From a virus (lineage: Duplodnaviria > Caudoviricetes), in IMG/VR virus record IMGVR_UViG_3300002026_002461, positions 1 to 52,903 of that record: 52,903 nucleotides of DNA. One strand, given 5' to 3'. The translations under genes were made by a program, and so were the position numbers. Of the stretch, positions 28,917 through 39,275 are shown one piece after another. How positions within the stretch are numbered: position 1 is the stretch's first letter; every line of letters starts with the position of its first letter. Below the pieces are notes generated by a model that worked only from the letters and a program-made list of their open reading frames with translations, did not search any database and was not told the DNA's origin.

Positions 28917-29912
28917 TTAATATTCTAAAAAGGCCAATCCGTCATCATTGTCTTTGTCTTCATCAATCAATGCAGACTCTTCATGTTCCACTTCTGGTGC
29001 ATCAATGAAATTTATTCCCCTCGCTTTAATTTGATCTGCTTCTGGAATAACAGAATTCTTCATAGATACGGATTGAGCACTACCCTCCCCACACGAAACA
29101 ACTGCCTTAAGACCCATTCTCTCCGATAAATCAAGTTTGCTTTCATCAATTGGCTCAGAATCCCTACTTTCTCTCTCTTCCTTATCCAACGCTTCCATTG
29201 CATCAATAGAAGCCTTTGTTGTTTCATTATCATTCATATCGCCAATTGCATTTCTCTTCATCTGTCCAGTTCGAGGTCCTTCGGAAGTCATTACAACAAC
29301 ATCTGAACCATCCTTCAACCCAACTGTAGAACTTTTAGTTATTTTCTTAGGAGTAATTGGATTTTTGACTTCTTCTTTTTGCTTAACACCTTTAACATTC
29401 TTAGATCCCTTTGGTCTTCCACGCTTGCCAACAACTTTTGATTCTTCAACAGACTCCGTACTGGTACAATTAGTCGTTGGAATGGTATCTGTAATTAATT
29501 TATCGAATTCACAATCTGTAATATATTCATTTTCATAAGCTTTGCGTTCAAAATCAACATCGGTCTCAAAACATTCATCAATATCCGCGACTGCTTGACA
29601 ATCTTCAATGCCATCATCAGAATCTACAAAAACGGTATCTTCTTTAGAAACGACTACAGGAACAATATCAAAAGGATTATCGCAACACACTTCAATTATT
29701 GGCTTTTTCTGTTCAATCGGCTCTTCGCTCTCGACAGTAATAAATTTAGCATTGACCAAACAATTGATTTCATTCTGCTTGTCTACCGTATCAATGTCAA
29801 TATGATATGCACAACTGCCAGAATCATTCTTGTTTGAATTTCCACGAACAATAATTCCTAGAGTGTTAAATGCAATCGTTGAATCAGTAATCCCCTTAAT
29901 CGTAACCTTCAT
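28917..29912 (-). CDS. Hypothetical protein with AT-hook-like KRGRPK
   Basis: 331 aa, AGGAG SD, TGTATAAT upstream. Confidence 0.65.
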   Translation of the reverse strand: MKVTIKGITDSTIAFNTLGIIVRGNSNKNDSGSCAYHIDIDTVDKQNEINCLVNAKFITVESEEPIEQKKPIIEVCCDNPFDIVPVVVSKEDTVFVDSDDGIEDCQAVADIDECFETDVDFERKAYENEYITDCEFDKLITDTIPTTNCTSTESVEESKVVGKRGRPKGSKNVKGVKQKEEVKNPITPKKITKSSTVGLKDGSDVVVMTSEGPRTGQMKRNAIGDMNDNETTKASIDAMEALDKEERESRDSEPIDESKLDLSERMGLKAVVSCGEGSAQSVSMKNSVIPEADQIKARGINFIDAPEVEHEESALIDEDKDNDDGLAFLEY

Positions 29913-29977
29913 ATTAAATCTCCTATAATGTAATTGATTTTATCTTCCTCAATTAATATTATACAGATTTTTCAACA

Positions 29978-30178
29978 TTAAAGTTCAAGGAAATCTAAAG
30001 AAATATTCTTGCGACCAAGTTCTTTTTTAATCTTAGCCATTAGATGAACTCTATCTTGACCTTTTATCTCGCACACATCAATAGTTTCTTGAAGTTCCTT
30101 ATTTGACTTCTCGAAATTGAATTCATCAAAATTTTTCAAGAACGAATCAGCAATCTTATCAATTCTTTCTCTATCTAA
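29978..30178 (-). CDS. Start-less 66-aa -1 frame extension of 30175..31374
   Basis: Open frame LDRERIDKIADSFLKNF...LDFLEL* begins right after an A9 run and fills the intergenic gap. Confidence 0.55.
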   Translation of the reverse strand, partial: LDRERIDKIADSFLKNFDEFNFEKSNKELQETIDVCEIKGQDRVHLMAKIKKELGRKNISLDFLEL

Positions 30179-31374
30179 TTTTTTTTTGTGTTAGATAATA
30201 CGACAATATCAAAATCCGTAGACGCGATTGGCTTACCAACAACATTCTCCCAACTTTCGGGAGCTTTGCGTTTTGGACGCTTACGAGAAACTTCACCAAC
30301 GAAACTAATTTCGCCACTTAAAAGTTTTTCTAAATCAAGACCATCGCTTTCAACATTTATATTATCATGCTTGGCAAGAATGGCATCCATAACCTGGCTG
30401 CGTACATCATCGTCGTCCATAGATTGAACAAGTTCCATTGATTGAGGATCTACGTTAACTGTACCAAGAACAATTCCATCCACGTCAGTCTGTTGCAAAT
30501 CAGAAACAATAAACGGATTATCTTCCATCAAATCCGGTTCCGATTCTTCCGCCATATTACCTTTTGGATAAAACTCATCTCCAAATAAACGAGCAACCAC
30601 CTGATCTGCCTTTACTTTGAACGATTCTGGCGTAAATCCCGAAACGTTTGCAAGATATCCATAACCTTCATCGATAACCATATTGTAAGCAGCTTCTTGC
30701 AATTCTTCAGGACTAAGTTGAGCACCAGACTGCGTAATGTCAAGAACCGCATACAAACCTTTACCTATCGGACTGTCAACGGGTCTAACTTCTGCAATCG
30801 ACAAAGGCTTACCACCATTATCGTCAACAACATCCTCGTCGGGAGAATCCATGACATCTAAATCAAAATCCTGATCTTCCAGAACGCCATCTTCATCTGC
30901 CCCCGCCCAAGCTGAATCATTAGTTCTATTCCATCTATCTCCACCTTCAAAATCCAACTCATCTGAAGCTATTACAACCTTCTTAGTAGCACTAGCCTTA
31001 AGATTATCCCACCAACGCTTATTTGATGGCGTTGATGATGCAGCTTCATATTTTTCCTTTTCCTGAGTTTTCATGCTTAAACGCTTTTCTTCAACCTTAT
31101 TTAAATCGCCAGAATAAGCCCCAGCATTTCTGTGCTTATGCAATCCACCCTTGGCATCATTAAGCCCTTTCTCAATAATTTTATCTGACCCGCCCAAACG
31201 TTTAGAGTCCAATAAGGCTTCCATTGTTACGTTTTTCTCAGGAACTCTATTGTTCTCAAGTTGTTTTTGAGTTATAGATGTAGGAGCTTCAGAATGTTCG
31301 CTCTTCAATCTCTGTTCTGTATGTTTATTACCTTCATTACTTTTTTCTGCAAATTTTTTCAAATTAAACTTCAT
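30175..31374 (-). CDS. Hypothetical protein with MKFNLKKFAE leader and E/Q-x-x-L repeats
   Basis: Likely start ATG 31374 (AAGGAG SD); repeats resemble those in the scaffold. Confidence 0.7.
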   Translation of the reverse strand: MKFNLKKFAEKSNEGNKHTEQRLKSEHSEAPTSITQKQLENNRVPEKNVTMEALLDSKRLGGSDKIIEKGLNDAKGGLHKHRNAGAYSGDLNKVEEKRLSMKTQEKEKYEAASSTPSNKRWWDNLKASATKKVVIASDELDFEGGDRWNRTNDSAWAGADEDGVLEDQDFDLDVMDSPDEDVVDDNGGKPLSIAEVRPVDSPIGKGLYAVLDITQSGAQLSPEELQEAAYNMVIDEGYGYLANVSGFTPESFKVKADQVVARLFGDEFYPKGNMAEESEPDLMEDNPFIVSDLQQTDVDGIVLGTVNVDPQSMELVQSMDDDDVRSQVMDAILAKHDNINVESDGLDLEKLLSGEISFVGEVSRKRPKRKAPESWENVVGKPIASTDFDIVVLSNTKKN

Positions 31375-31447
31375 AATTAACATCTCCTTATTATTGATAT
31401 GGACATCCTCAAACTTTTTTCTATAAACTAAATCAAAAATCCTTTAT

Positions 31448-33244
31448 TTACCAGTGACTTCCTAATCTAACCGTAACTGGACCAGGTAAAGCCATTCTTA
31501 GACCCTCATTCGCCGCCGAACAAGCTCCAGCTAAACAATCACTTAAATCGTCACTTGCGATATCTCCATGTTTATCTGGCATAATCGAATATCCTCTTTT
31601 TGTTCTTTTTATCTTTAATTCTTTCAATTCAGCTATAAGCAAAGTTGTTTCAGGACTATTATCATATAGAAGTATTTCTGGTTCAGGTTGATATAACATC
31701 ATATTGTTTAAATTCTGATAAACCTTACATTTAACCCTATCATTAAACGAGATTTGAGTGCAATTAATCCCATGCCCCCTCAATCTTTGAACGCTATGTA
31801 CAGAATGATAATCGTCATAAGTAACAGACATAGGGTGGAATCTAGAACATATTTGGATTATATATGTATCAATCTCATCAAACAAAAGTCCAAGACCTGG
31901 AGTCGGCTTCCAAACCCAAACTCCCGCTAATGAACATCTATTTCTTTTTTGTCCTAGCGGCGTAAGATATCGTTCTTTAGCGACCATTATAGCAGCATAA
32001 TTATTGCTTTTCTTAGCTGGATCGACATGAATATAATAATTGCATCGCGGATGAGGACGTTGATGTGGTCCAAGCTCATATCTAATGCATCTGTCAACCG
32101 CTCCAGCGTCAAAATAATTTGTATAAGATCCACCTTCAGCCCATTGACCTCCAAATTCTATCTTGAACATCTCTGGATTGGCATTCCTAGTTTTAGCCAA
32201 TTCTGGTTCTTCATATGGAACGTCAAGATTTATGTCCCATGTCGGCAATTGGAAAGACAAACAAGAATCACTAATATCCTTGTCACTGTCCGTCGCCTCC
32301 ATAAAAGCATCATAAAACGCCCCATTCTTGACGTTTGGAGATGAAATCATAACCACTTTGCCTTCATTGAATTTGTAAAACTTAGACAACGAAGGTTTTA
32401 AACGGTTTACGAAATATTTACCAGTAACTTTCCCCGTTTCATCATAGAACGCGATTTCATCAAACAATAACAATATTGCACTATAACCAGCCAAAGAGTC
32501 TGGATTACTATGTCCGCACAACAGTAAAATAGAACCCTGTATACTTAAAATGGCTCCTTCGCTTTTCTTTTGCAAGTCTCTATCTGTATAAAGACGAATA
32601 GTATCAGAAGTTTCTTTTGCGATACGTCCTTTGAAAAATGGAGAGTTACGTAATCTTGATTGAACTTGACCGAACAATCTACCTGCCTGTTTCTGAGACA
32701 ACGCGACATTAATTATAGCTATTTCATCATCGTTAGGAAGATTGTAATATCTATGAGGGTCGCCGTTATTAATGAGAATCAACTTATATGCCTCATAAGC
32801 CGTTATAATTGATGCTAAAAAAGTTTTCGTCGCTCTACGTCCTAGTACTAACACCAACTGCGTAAACGGTTTATAAGTCTCGTCCTTTTCCTTCGCGTGG
32901 ATCTTTTGGATAACGTCTCTCAAATTACGCTCATATGTAACCCCGTCTATCTCAACATCATCTTGTCGAGCATATAACCACTCCCACTCTTCTTGATTTA
33001 AAGTTATATGTTCATTGCCAATTGTTCCTTTATAAAACGTCTTTAAAATAACAGATTGACCAGGAAACAATTTAATCTTATTGCCAGGAATATCCAGATA
33101 TTGCTTCCCGTTGCAAAATTCCATTATGTCTACGATCTTATAACGGTCATCTTGGTCTACAATTTCTGGATTCTCTAATTCGATCCTTCTTATCGCATCA
33201 AACAACGGATTGTGTTTATTTTCTTCAACTTTAACTTTAGGCAT
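31448..33244 (-). CDS. terL: Terminase large subunit
   Basis: Walker A variant LGRRATKT, A..QKQA, Walker B LLLFDE, MISSP, nuclease IHVDPA and DDLSDCLA. Confidence 0.9.
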   Translation of the reverse strand: MPKVKVEENKHNPLFDAIRRIELENPEIVDQDDRYKIVDIMEFCNGKQYLDIPGNKIKLFPGQSVILKTFYKGTIGNEHITLNQEEWEWLYARQDDVEIDGVTYERNLRDVIQKIHAKEKDETYKPFTQLVLVLGRRATKTFLASIITAYEAYKLILINNGDPHRYYNLPNDDEIAIINVALSQKQAGRLFGQVQSRLRNSPFFKGRIAKETSDTIRLYTDRDLQKKSEGAILSIQGSILLLCGHSNPDSLAGYSAILLLFDEIAFYDETGKVTGKYFVNRLKPSLSKFYKFNEGKVVMISSPNVKNGAFYDAFMEATDSDKDISDSCLSFQLPTWDINLDVPYEEPELAKTRNANPEMFKIEFGGQWAEGGSYTNYFDAGAVDRCIRYELGPHQRPHPRCNYYIHVDPAKKSNNYAAIMVAKERYLTPLGQKRNRCSLAGVWVWKPTPGLGLLFDEIDTYIIQICSRFHPMSVTYDDYHSVHSVQRLRGHGINCTQISFNDRVKCKVYQNLNNMMLYQPEPEILLYDNSPETTLLIAELKELKIKRTKRGYSIMPDKHGDIASDDLSDCLAGACSAANEGLRMALPGPVTVRLGSHW

Positions 33245-34109
33245 TTACTCCCTCCAATATATATAAACCATTACTGTCATCGTTGGTTATATTCAATATT
33301 TTATCCGACTCATATGCCGAACCCTTCCCAAGCTCTCCAGTTGAAAAAGAAAACATTTTAATTGAATTGCTACACAATATAGATAACGAATTCTTCTGAA
33401 TCAATAACTTAGATGGACTTTTTAAAATAGGTTCATTAGGCTTACCACACAAAACACTAATTTTTTTTCCATCGAATTTACGTATCAATCCACAACATGA
33501 ATCTGCAATATAAAATTCGCTTTCATTGCACACGACTCCAGATGGATTACCAATAGAAGTACAAAAAACATCACTCCCATTTGCGAAACGACATTTACCA
33601 TCGCCAAGAACATGTTTTAATTCGCAATTCGAAAAATAAAAACATTTGCGAATCAATGGATATGCCAATAATACATTTCTCCTTTTATCGACAGAAATAT
33701 AAACCTCTGTATTTTTACCAATCTTCCTTAATGTATTATCAATCATTACTCTACTGTTGCCTTTTACCAAAGAAGATGTATAATTATCCCTTACATCAAT
33801 GACACGTATATCTCTACCACCATCCTCGCCAACAAATATCTTTTTATTTTTAGAACAATAACTCAATCCAGACAAATAACCAAAATATGGATTGCTGCCG
33901 TCTTTTGGCGAGTCAGAATCAATATCCCCTTTCCACTTATCAAAATGTTCTCCATCAACAGAAATAAGCCCTAAAATATTATTTGAAGTATATACAATCC
34001 CTAAATCTTCAACCCATATAATATCACTTATTGGATTATCTGTCTTGAATTCACAGAACTTAATAATTTGTTTAGTTCCAAACGTTTTTCTAAAAATTGT
34101 ATATTGCAT
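33237..34109 (-). CDS. NHL-repeat-like beta-propeller protein
   Basis: IGNPSGVV...FYIADSCCGLIRK, IFVGEDGGRDIRVID. Confidence 0.6.
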   Translation of the reverse strand: MQYTIFRKTFGTKQIIKFCEFKTDNPISDIIWVEDLGIVYTSNNILGLISVDGEHFDKWKGDIDSDSPKDGSNPYFGYLSGLSYCSKNKKIFVGEDGGRDIRVIDVRDNYTSSLVKGNSRVMIDNTLRKIGKNTEVYISVDKRRNVLLAYPLIRKCFYFSNCELKHVLGDGKCRFANGSDVFCTSIGNPSGVVCNESEFYIADSCCGLIRKFDGKKISVLCGKPNEPILKSPSKLLIQKNSLSILCSNSIKMFSFSTGELGKGSAYESDKILNITNDDSNGLYILEGVNA

Positions 34110-35392
34110 TAAATCCCATCTATTATTTCTATTTGCTCTGGCGACAATCTAACTATCTTGCGGCCAAAATTAACATCAATATAAAAACCCTCAGCCATCG
34201 GAGCAATTTGAACAACTTCACCAACTTTTTTAAACAAATCCATGTTACTGTCAATGCACATTACTCTAGTCGGCTGATTGACCATAAAATCTTCTTCTGT
34301 ATATTTATTAGCTTTTACAAACTTATTTTTAGACGACAACACTTTCCATATTGGAGATTTATTATTAAATGACAAACTAATAGGCTTCTCTTTAGATTCA
34401 TATGGATTCCAACTCATAATGTCAAAAGAACCTTCATCGTTTGGCATGTCAGGCAAAGCTCCAAGCTCAGGAACAATGAGCGAATCAAACTCATCTAAAT
34501 AAAAATGCCCTATAGCCTCCACTACAGGTTTCCAATATCTCTGATAAAATTTTGGCGAATAGGAAGGATAACTCTCAGCAACAATCCCCAATGGAATGAT
34601 ATTGCTAACATTAAACTTATCATTTACATGAACAGAAAGCAACTTATCTCCACTATCTAACCCTACGATATCTATAATTCCGTCTTTTAAAGCTGTCTTA
34701 AAAATCGCATCTGGATGGTGTTTCGAAATGGCTTTGCATGTCATACTCCCATAATGCTCAAAAAGGTCTGACAAATCATCATCTGTTAAATTTATCTTTT
34801 TAGAAGCCATAGTCATATTCGGTTCTGCTGGTGCCTGCCCTCCCATTTCTGGCATATTAGGAGCAACTGGAGCCGCTGGAGCATCTTCTGCTTCATCTTT
34901 TTCTTTTTTATCTTTAGCCAAATATTCACTAAAATGTTTTTGAGCTATCTTTCGATATCCATCAATTAATTTATCAATTTCTGCATCCTGCCCTTCTTCT
35001 TCCAATGCCTCTTTAACTCTCAACAAATCATCCACTTGAGAAACCAAAACTAAATAAGTTAATTTACGTTCATCTTCACCATTATTGTCTATGCCCATTA
35101 CTTTCTGTGTCATATCTTTCAACATTGTCTTGTAATGACCAATTAACAAATCTTCAGCTTCAGGATCTTGTATCACTGGTTTTGACAAATCTTCAACAGC
35201 AAATCGTTGCATCTTTATAGATTCGATATGGTATGACTTTTTATAAGCCAACTTTTTAGCATCCGCCATAGCTTGATATGCGAATTTATAATCCTTTTGT
35301 ATATTCGGGACGCATTTATGATGAATTACAGAAGAAAATCCATCAACAGAAAATTCATATCTATCATTACTTTTATAAATTCTAAGCTTCAT
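34109..35392 (-). CDS. Hypothetical protein
   Basis: Start reassigned to ATG 35392 because the annotated start lies in a terminator; RFAV, TMAS and VKAN motifs; SH3/KOW-like C-terminus. Confidence 0.65.
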   Translation of the reverse strand: MKLRIYKSNDRYEFSVDGFSSVIHHKCVPNIQKDYKFAYQAMADAKKLAYKKSYHIESIKMQRFAVEDLSKPVIQDPEAEDLLIGHYKTMLKDMTQKVMGIDNNGEDERKLTYLVLVSQVDDLLRVKEALEEEGQDAEIDKLIDGYRKIAQKHFSEYLAKDKKEKDEAEDAPAAPVAPNMPEMGGQAPAEPNMTMASKKINLTDDDLSDLFEHYGSMTCKAISKHHPDAIFKTALKDGIIDIVGLDSGDKLLSVHVNDKFNVSNIIPLGIVAESYPSYSPKFYQRYWKPVVEAIGHFYLDEFDSLIVPELGALPDMPNDEGSFDIMSWNPYESKEKPISLSFNNKSPIWKVLSSKNKFVKANKYTEEDFMVNQPTRVMCIDSNMDLFKKVGEVVQIAPMAEGFYIDVNFGRKIVRLSPEQIEIIDGI

Positions 35393-35422
35393 ATTACCAC
35401 CATTATACAAATTTAAACACAA

Positions 35423-35460
35423 AAAAGGCACGTTAATTAATTCCTAACTAACGTGCCTTT
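35423..35460. terminator. Intrinsic terminator after RNR
   Basis: AAAGGCACGTTA...TAACGTGCCTTT. Confidence 0.8.
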
Positions 35461-35484
35461 ACCCTTTTCTAATAACAATTCTTA

Positions 35485-37932
35485 TTATTTTTTGTCTTGT
35501 TGCTTCTGTTCAATCATGATTCCTAAATCACCCAACTCGCATTTTCCACCCGAACACGCACTTCCAGCTTCAGTGTCCATTGCACCTTGTTCCGTTTCAA
35601 AACATTGCGACCAATCAACTTCAACATATTCTCTAGACAAATCACACCACACCTTCCAATTATAAATATCCTTTAGGCAATATGTCATTTCTCTCAAATC
35701 ATCATTGAAATAACGAGTCGCAAACTGTTTAGCCCTTCTTACCCAGTCTACTTTCTTATTGTAGTTCTTGACGTTATGCTTCAACCATGCATTTAAAAGT
35801 CTTTCAGGGCTTTCTGGACTAAGACCCTCATCCTTCCAATACTGTCCGTTTGTCTTAAATGCAATTTCGATTTTGACTCTCAAAGCTTTTACGTCCAATA
35901 CCTCTCCAACGCCCAACGCACAGTCGCAAGCCGCCCATAAGTCATTGTCAAAGGCGTGATGACCATCAACTATCAATCCACTACCAAACAAGCTTCCATC
36001 GCCGTATTTTCTAACGGTTTCAGTTGGAGTATATACCGCTGTAAATGGTGCCTGAGGATAATCCTTGTCTCCAGATGCAGGAAGCAAAGATATTCCAGCG
36101 AACCAAGCTTTATTGTCATATATGAAATTCTCGACTACTTCCCATTCTTCAGGCTTAACAGTACATGTATTGCTAACATTATGTCTCAGCCAAGGTCTAA
36201 TACATTCTTCAACCCTGGTGCCACACTCAACCCAATTCTGTTGCGTCAACTTTACATTCTCAAGTAATGTTATGGCGTTCACTTGATTCTTTGTTTTAAC
36301 GCCATCTGGAACTTCGCACAAAAATGTAACAACTACATCTGTATTATTTGCAGACCAAACAGAATTTTCTATTGCCAACGGATTATATTTTTGAAAATGC
36401 TGCAATGGTACTTCTAATTTATTAGCTTGAACTCTTCTCAAATATCGTTTCGCATGATGAGGATGAATGCCAGAAGCACTGCCCAAGACGCAACTCGTGG
36501 ACCCAGCCGGTTTCACACAAGTACCTCTAGCGCATACATTTGTTCCAATTATTTTAGATATTCTTTCGTTTGTATCCAAAACAACTTTCGCTCCTTTTCT
36601 CTGTATTTCGGGATTGAAGGCGATATCTGGAGAATCTGCCATTCCAGTCATTGAAACGCCAAGCAATGCCTCTCTTTTGACTATCATATCGGTAACACCA
36701 CCAAGATATGGGAAATGACTATATGATGCTTGAACGCTTCCGATAATAGATGCTGCTCTGCAAGACTCCATAAATTCTTCTTCCGTCTTACACTTCTTCA
36801 TGTTGATTTCGCAAAGATTACAAAATTCCCATCCAGAAAGCATTTTATCATTACTTTGCCTCTTCTTCTCAATCTCTACTGATTTTTTATATTCTTCATT
36901 CGAATTTATTAAAATCCTATTCTTCGGATCATCAAGATCGAAGTATGCAAATAATCCGACCTCAACACAAGGATTGTAGAGCATATCTCTACAATCCGTC
37001 CATATAAACCCTGGCTCCCCAAATTCCTTTACAGAATGCATCAACTTAGAAAATTGTTCTTTTGTAGTTTCGTTTCTTACTAATAGAACAGAATTATTAG
37101 ATCGCCCTCTCTGTGGATTCTCAATAAACCAAGAACCGGTTTTGGCTTTTATCATGTCTTCATCGTCTGGCGAAAATATACAAATCGAAGCAGATCTTCT
37201 TATTCCTCCGCTTAAAACCGCATCAGAAGCATGCATACAAACATCATAAGCATCAATTGGACGCAATTTGCCATTATGAATTGTTGTCTTATTCAAAAGA
37301 TAACGAATCTTTTCAATCGCTCTCATCAAACCATCGGGACCAGGTGCCTTTCCTCCAGAAGACAGTGTCGCTCCTTCTGGACGGATTAATGAATAATCAA
37401 ATTCAACTTGGAACCCTCTGTAATCTTGGAATTCCGTTAAATCGCTATCAAAATATGAACACATTAAAACGCCCAATGCATCAGACCACCCTTCGATTGA
37501 ATCTGGAATTTGATAAACTTTCTTTTCTAACAAGGGGAGTACTAGCTTAGGCAATTTATCTACATGATGTTTTTGAACAGAAAATCCACAACCGCAACCG
37601 CAAAGCAAAAGATATATACACTCTTGAAAGAATCTTGGTCTATCGCAATATGAAACCGTACAATTGAACATCCTTGGATTTTTCTTTAAAATAGGTGCTC
37701 CACCAAACTGTAAAGCCCTTTGAGAACCAAGAACTCTTTTCTTTTCAACCATTCTTTGAGCAAACTCCATATCCTCTTTTATCTGTCCGTATAGAGAATC
37801 GCCCAACTTTTCCCTGTGCATTTTAAAAACTCTTTCTACCTGTTCATCCCAAAACTCTCTTCTACCCGCTTCTGGATTATATTTCGCGTATTTTGAAAAA
37901 CGAGTGTACTCTTGCAATGCTTTAATTGACAT
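35485..37932 (-). CDS. nrdJ: Class II (adenosylcobalamin-dependent) ribonucleotide reductase
   Basis: RMFNC, GGIRRSA, GEPG, NPCVE, CNLCE, TCVKPAGSTS, C-terminal CSGGKC; no beta subunit nearby. Confidence 0.88.
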   Translation of the reverse strand: MSIKALQEYTRFSKYAKYNPEAGRREFWDEQVERVFKMHREKLGDSLYGQIKEDMEFAQRMVEKKRVLGSQRALQFGGAPILKKNPRMFNCTVSYCDRPRFFQECIYLLLCGCGCGFSVQKHHVDKLPKLVLPLLEKKVYQIPDSIEGWSDALGVLMCSYFDSDLTEFQDYRGFQVEFDYSLIRPEGATLSSGGKAPGPDGLMRAIEKIRYLLNKTTIHNGKLRPIDAYDVCMHASDAVLSGGIRRSASICIFSPDDEDMIKAKTGSWFIENPQRGRSNNSVLLVRNETTKEQFSKLMHSVKEFGEPGFIWTDCRDMLYNPCVEVGLFAYFDLDDPKNRILINSNEEYKKSVEIEKKRQSNDKMLSGWEFCNLCEINMKKCKTEEEFMESCRAASIIGSVQASYSHFPYLGGVTDMIVKREALLGVSMTGMADSPDIAFNPEIQRKGAKVVLDTNERISKIIGTNVCARGTCVKPAGSTSCVLGSASGIHPHHAKRYLRRVQANKLEVPLQHFQKYNPLAIENSVWSANNTDVVVTFLCEVPDGVKTKNQVNAITLLENVKLTQQNWVECGTRVEECIRPWLRHNVSNTCTVKPEEWEVVENFIYDNKAWFAGISLLPASGDKDYPQAPFTAVYTPTETVRKYGDGSLFGSGLIVDGHHAFDNDLWAACDCALGVGEVLDVKALRVKIEIAFKTNGQYWKDEGLSPESPERLLNAWLKHNVKNYNKKVDWVRRAKQFATRYFNDDLREMTYCLKDIYNWKVWCDLSREYVEVDWSQCFETEQGAMDTEAGSACSGGKCELGDLGIMIEQKQQDKK

Positions 37933-37972
37933 AAATTTCTCCCCACATTACCAATTTTAATTTTTTCTATTA

Positions 37973-39127
37973 TCAAGCCTCAATCGAATTACCATCGCGA
38001 GGTAACATACCTATTACGTATAAATCTGAAACTTCCTTTAAGAATTTCATAACGTGTTTTTGAAAATCGTGTAAGTCCCATATAGGCAACAGACAACAAA
38101 CTCTTATTTTTTTTCCAATATCATATAGATTTGTACTATTTTCGGCATTCAAACCATCAAGTTTATACAAAGCGTCATCAATTTCATCCATCAACCTCAG
38201 TCTCCATGGCTCCGAAGCAACAATCTTATCGGCATGCATAACTCTCAAATCATATATTTCATCAATTCTTCGTAAACTCTTGGTAATACGATAGCTATGT
38301 GTCGTTGAGAATATCTGGCTATTTGGATAACATCTCTGCATCGCCTCAATTAACGCTATATGACGGCTAAGTGCGACATGCATTGCGATATCATCAATTA
38401 GTATTACCCTAGGTGAAATCTCAAGATTTAACAGCGTTGAGAACGATTTAATTACCTTTTTCTCTCCATTGCTGCATTCTTTGTGGGATATTGTTTCAAA
38501 AGGCTTTTTAACTAAAAATCCAAGTATATATTTATCCATAAGTTTAGCTTGAACTGGATCTTCGCTATATGAAAAAAGATCTGTCATTTCTTCTATCTCA
38601 TATCCCGTAACTGATTCAAATAATGCCTTAAATATACTCCATTTATCTCTTGTTAATTGGAATTGATGCAAATCTCTGTCAAACTTGGTATAGTAACAAA
38701 GTCTATATAAAAGTTGCTTTATCTCATTTGGATGGTCTTCTATAAAACCGTTTTTATTTAGACTAACCTTATAATCTCCATTTTCGTATTTAATTTCTGC
38801 TTCGATTAAGAAATCATCCACGCATGCATTTGTTTTGGAGCTAGAAACATGTCTTACGCATGTTTGCATTTGATTAATAAGACGTTCGCTATCATATCCG
38901 TCATATCTCTGGAAAAGCATTTGTATAGCATTTAAAACCGTTGATTTACCAACTCCGTTTTCACCGATAAAGCATATGAAAGGTTTTACGTTTTTGTCAT
39001 TCTTTGTAAAGTCCATAGTGAAATCGTCATAGGCTTTGAAGTTTTGTATGCGAATATTTTTAATTTGTATATTCGGAACAGATTCCAAAGATAAGTAATT
39101 ATTTTCCGTCATTTGATTTTCTTCCAT
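37973..39127 (-). CDS. ABC/SMC-type ATPase
   Basis: IQNFK, GENGVGKST, signature CSNGEKK, Walker B ILIDD, TTHS. Confidence 0.85.
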   Translation of the reverse strand: MEENQMTENNYLSLESVPNIQIKNIRIQNFKAYDDFTMDFTKNDKNVKPFICFIGENGVGKSTVLNAIQMLFQRYDGYDSERLINQMQTCVRHVSSSKTNACVDDFLIEAEIKYENGDYKVSLNKNGFIEDHPNEIKQLLYRLCYYTKFDRDLHQFQLTRDKWSIFKALFESVTGYEIEEMTDLFSYSEDPVQAKLMDKYILGFLVKKPFETISHKECSNGEKKVIKSFSTLLNLEISPRVILIDDIAMHVALSRHIALIEAMQRCYPNSQIFSTTHSYRITKSLRRIDEIYDLRVMHADKIVASEPWRLRLMDEIDDALYKLDGLNAENSTNLYDIGKKIRVCCLLPIWDLHDFQKHVMKFLKEVSDLYVIGMLPRDGNSIEA

Positions 39128-39275
39128 ATTTTCCGCCCGATATTTTCTTAATTTCTTCTGTTACTGTTTTAGATCGTCGTTTTTCATAATCGACCTTTGG
39201 ATCGTCCATTCGTGTGTTTTCAACATTTATTTTAGCTCCCGCAGGAACATAAACAATGGTTTTACCAATGTCCAT
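39099..39275 (-). CDS. Small hypothetical protein (58 aa)
   Basis: MDIGKTIVYVPAGAKINVEN...; TAATG stop/start overlap with the upstream gene; below the ORF-track cutoff. Confidence 0.55.
   Translation of the reverse strand: MDIGKTIVYVPAGAKINVENTRMDDPKVDYEKRRSKTVTEEIKKISGGKYGRKSNDGK

Noticed and set aside
596-38000. Numerous plus-strand ORFs of 60-170 aa in the ORF track
   Set aside because: They are antisense shadows of long minus-strand genes, with Ser/Phe/Leu-biased composition and no SD or recognisable motifs.
37973-39127. ABC ATPase as part of a defence system (OLD/Septu/PARIS-like)
   Set aside because: No adjacent TOPRIM, HNH or other nuclease partner recognised.
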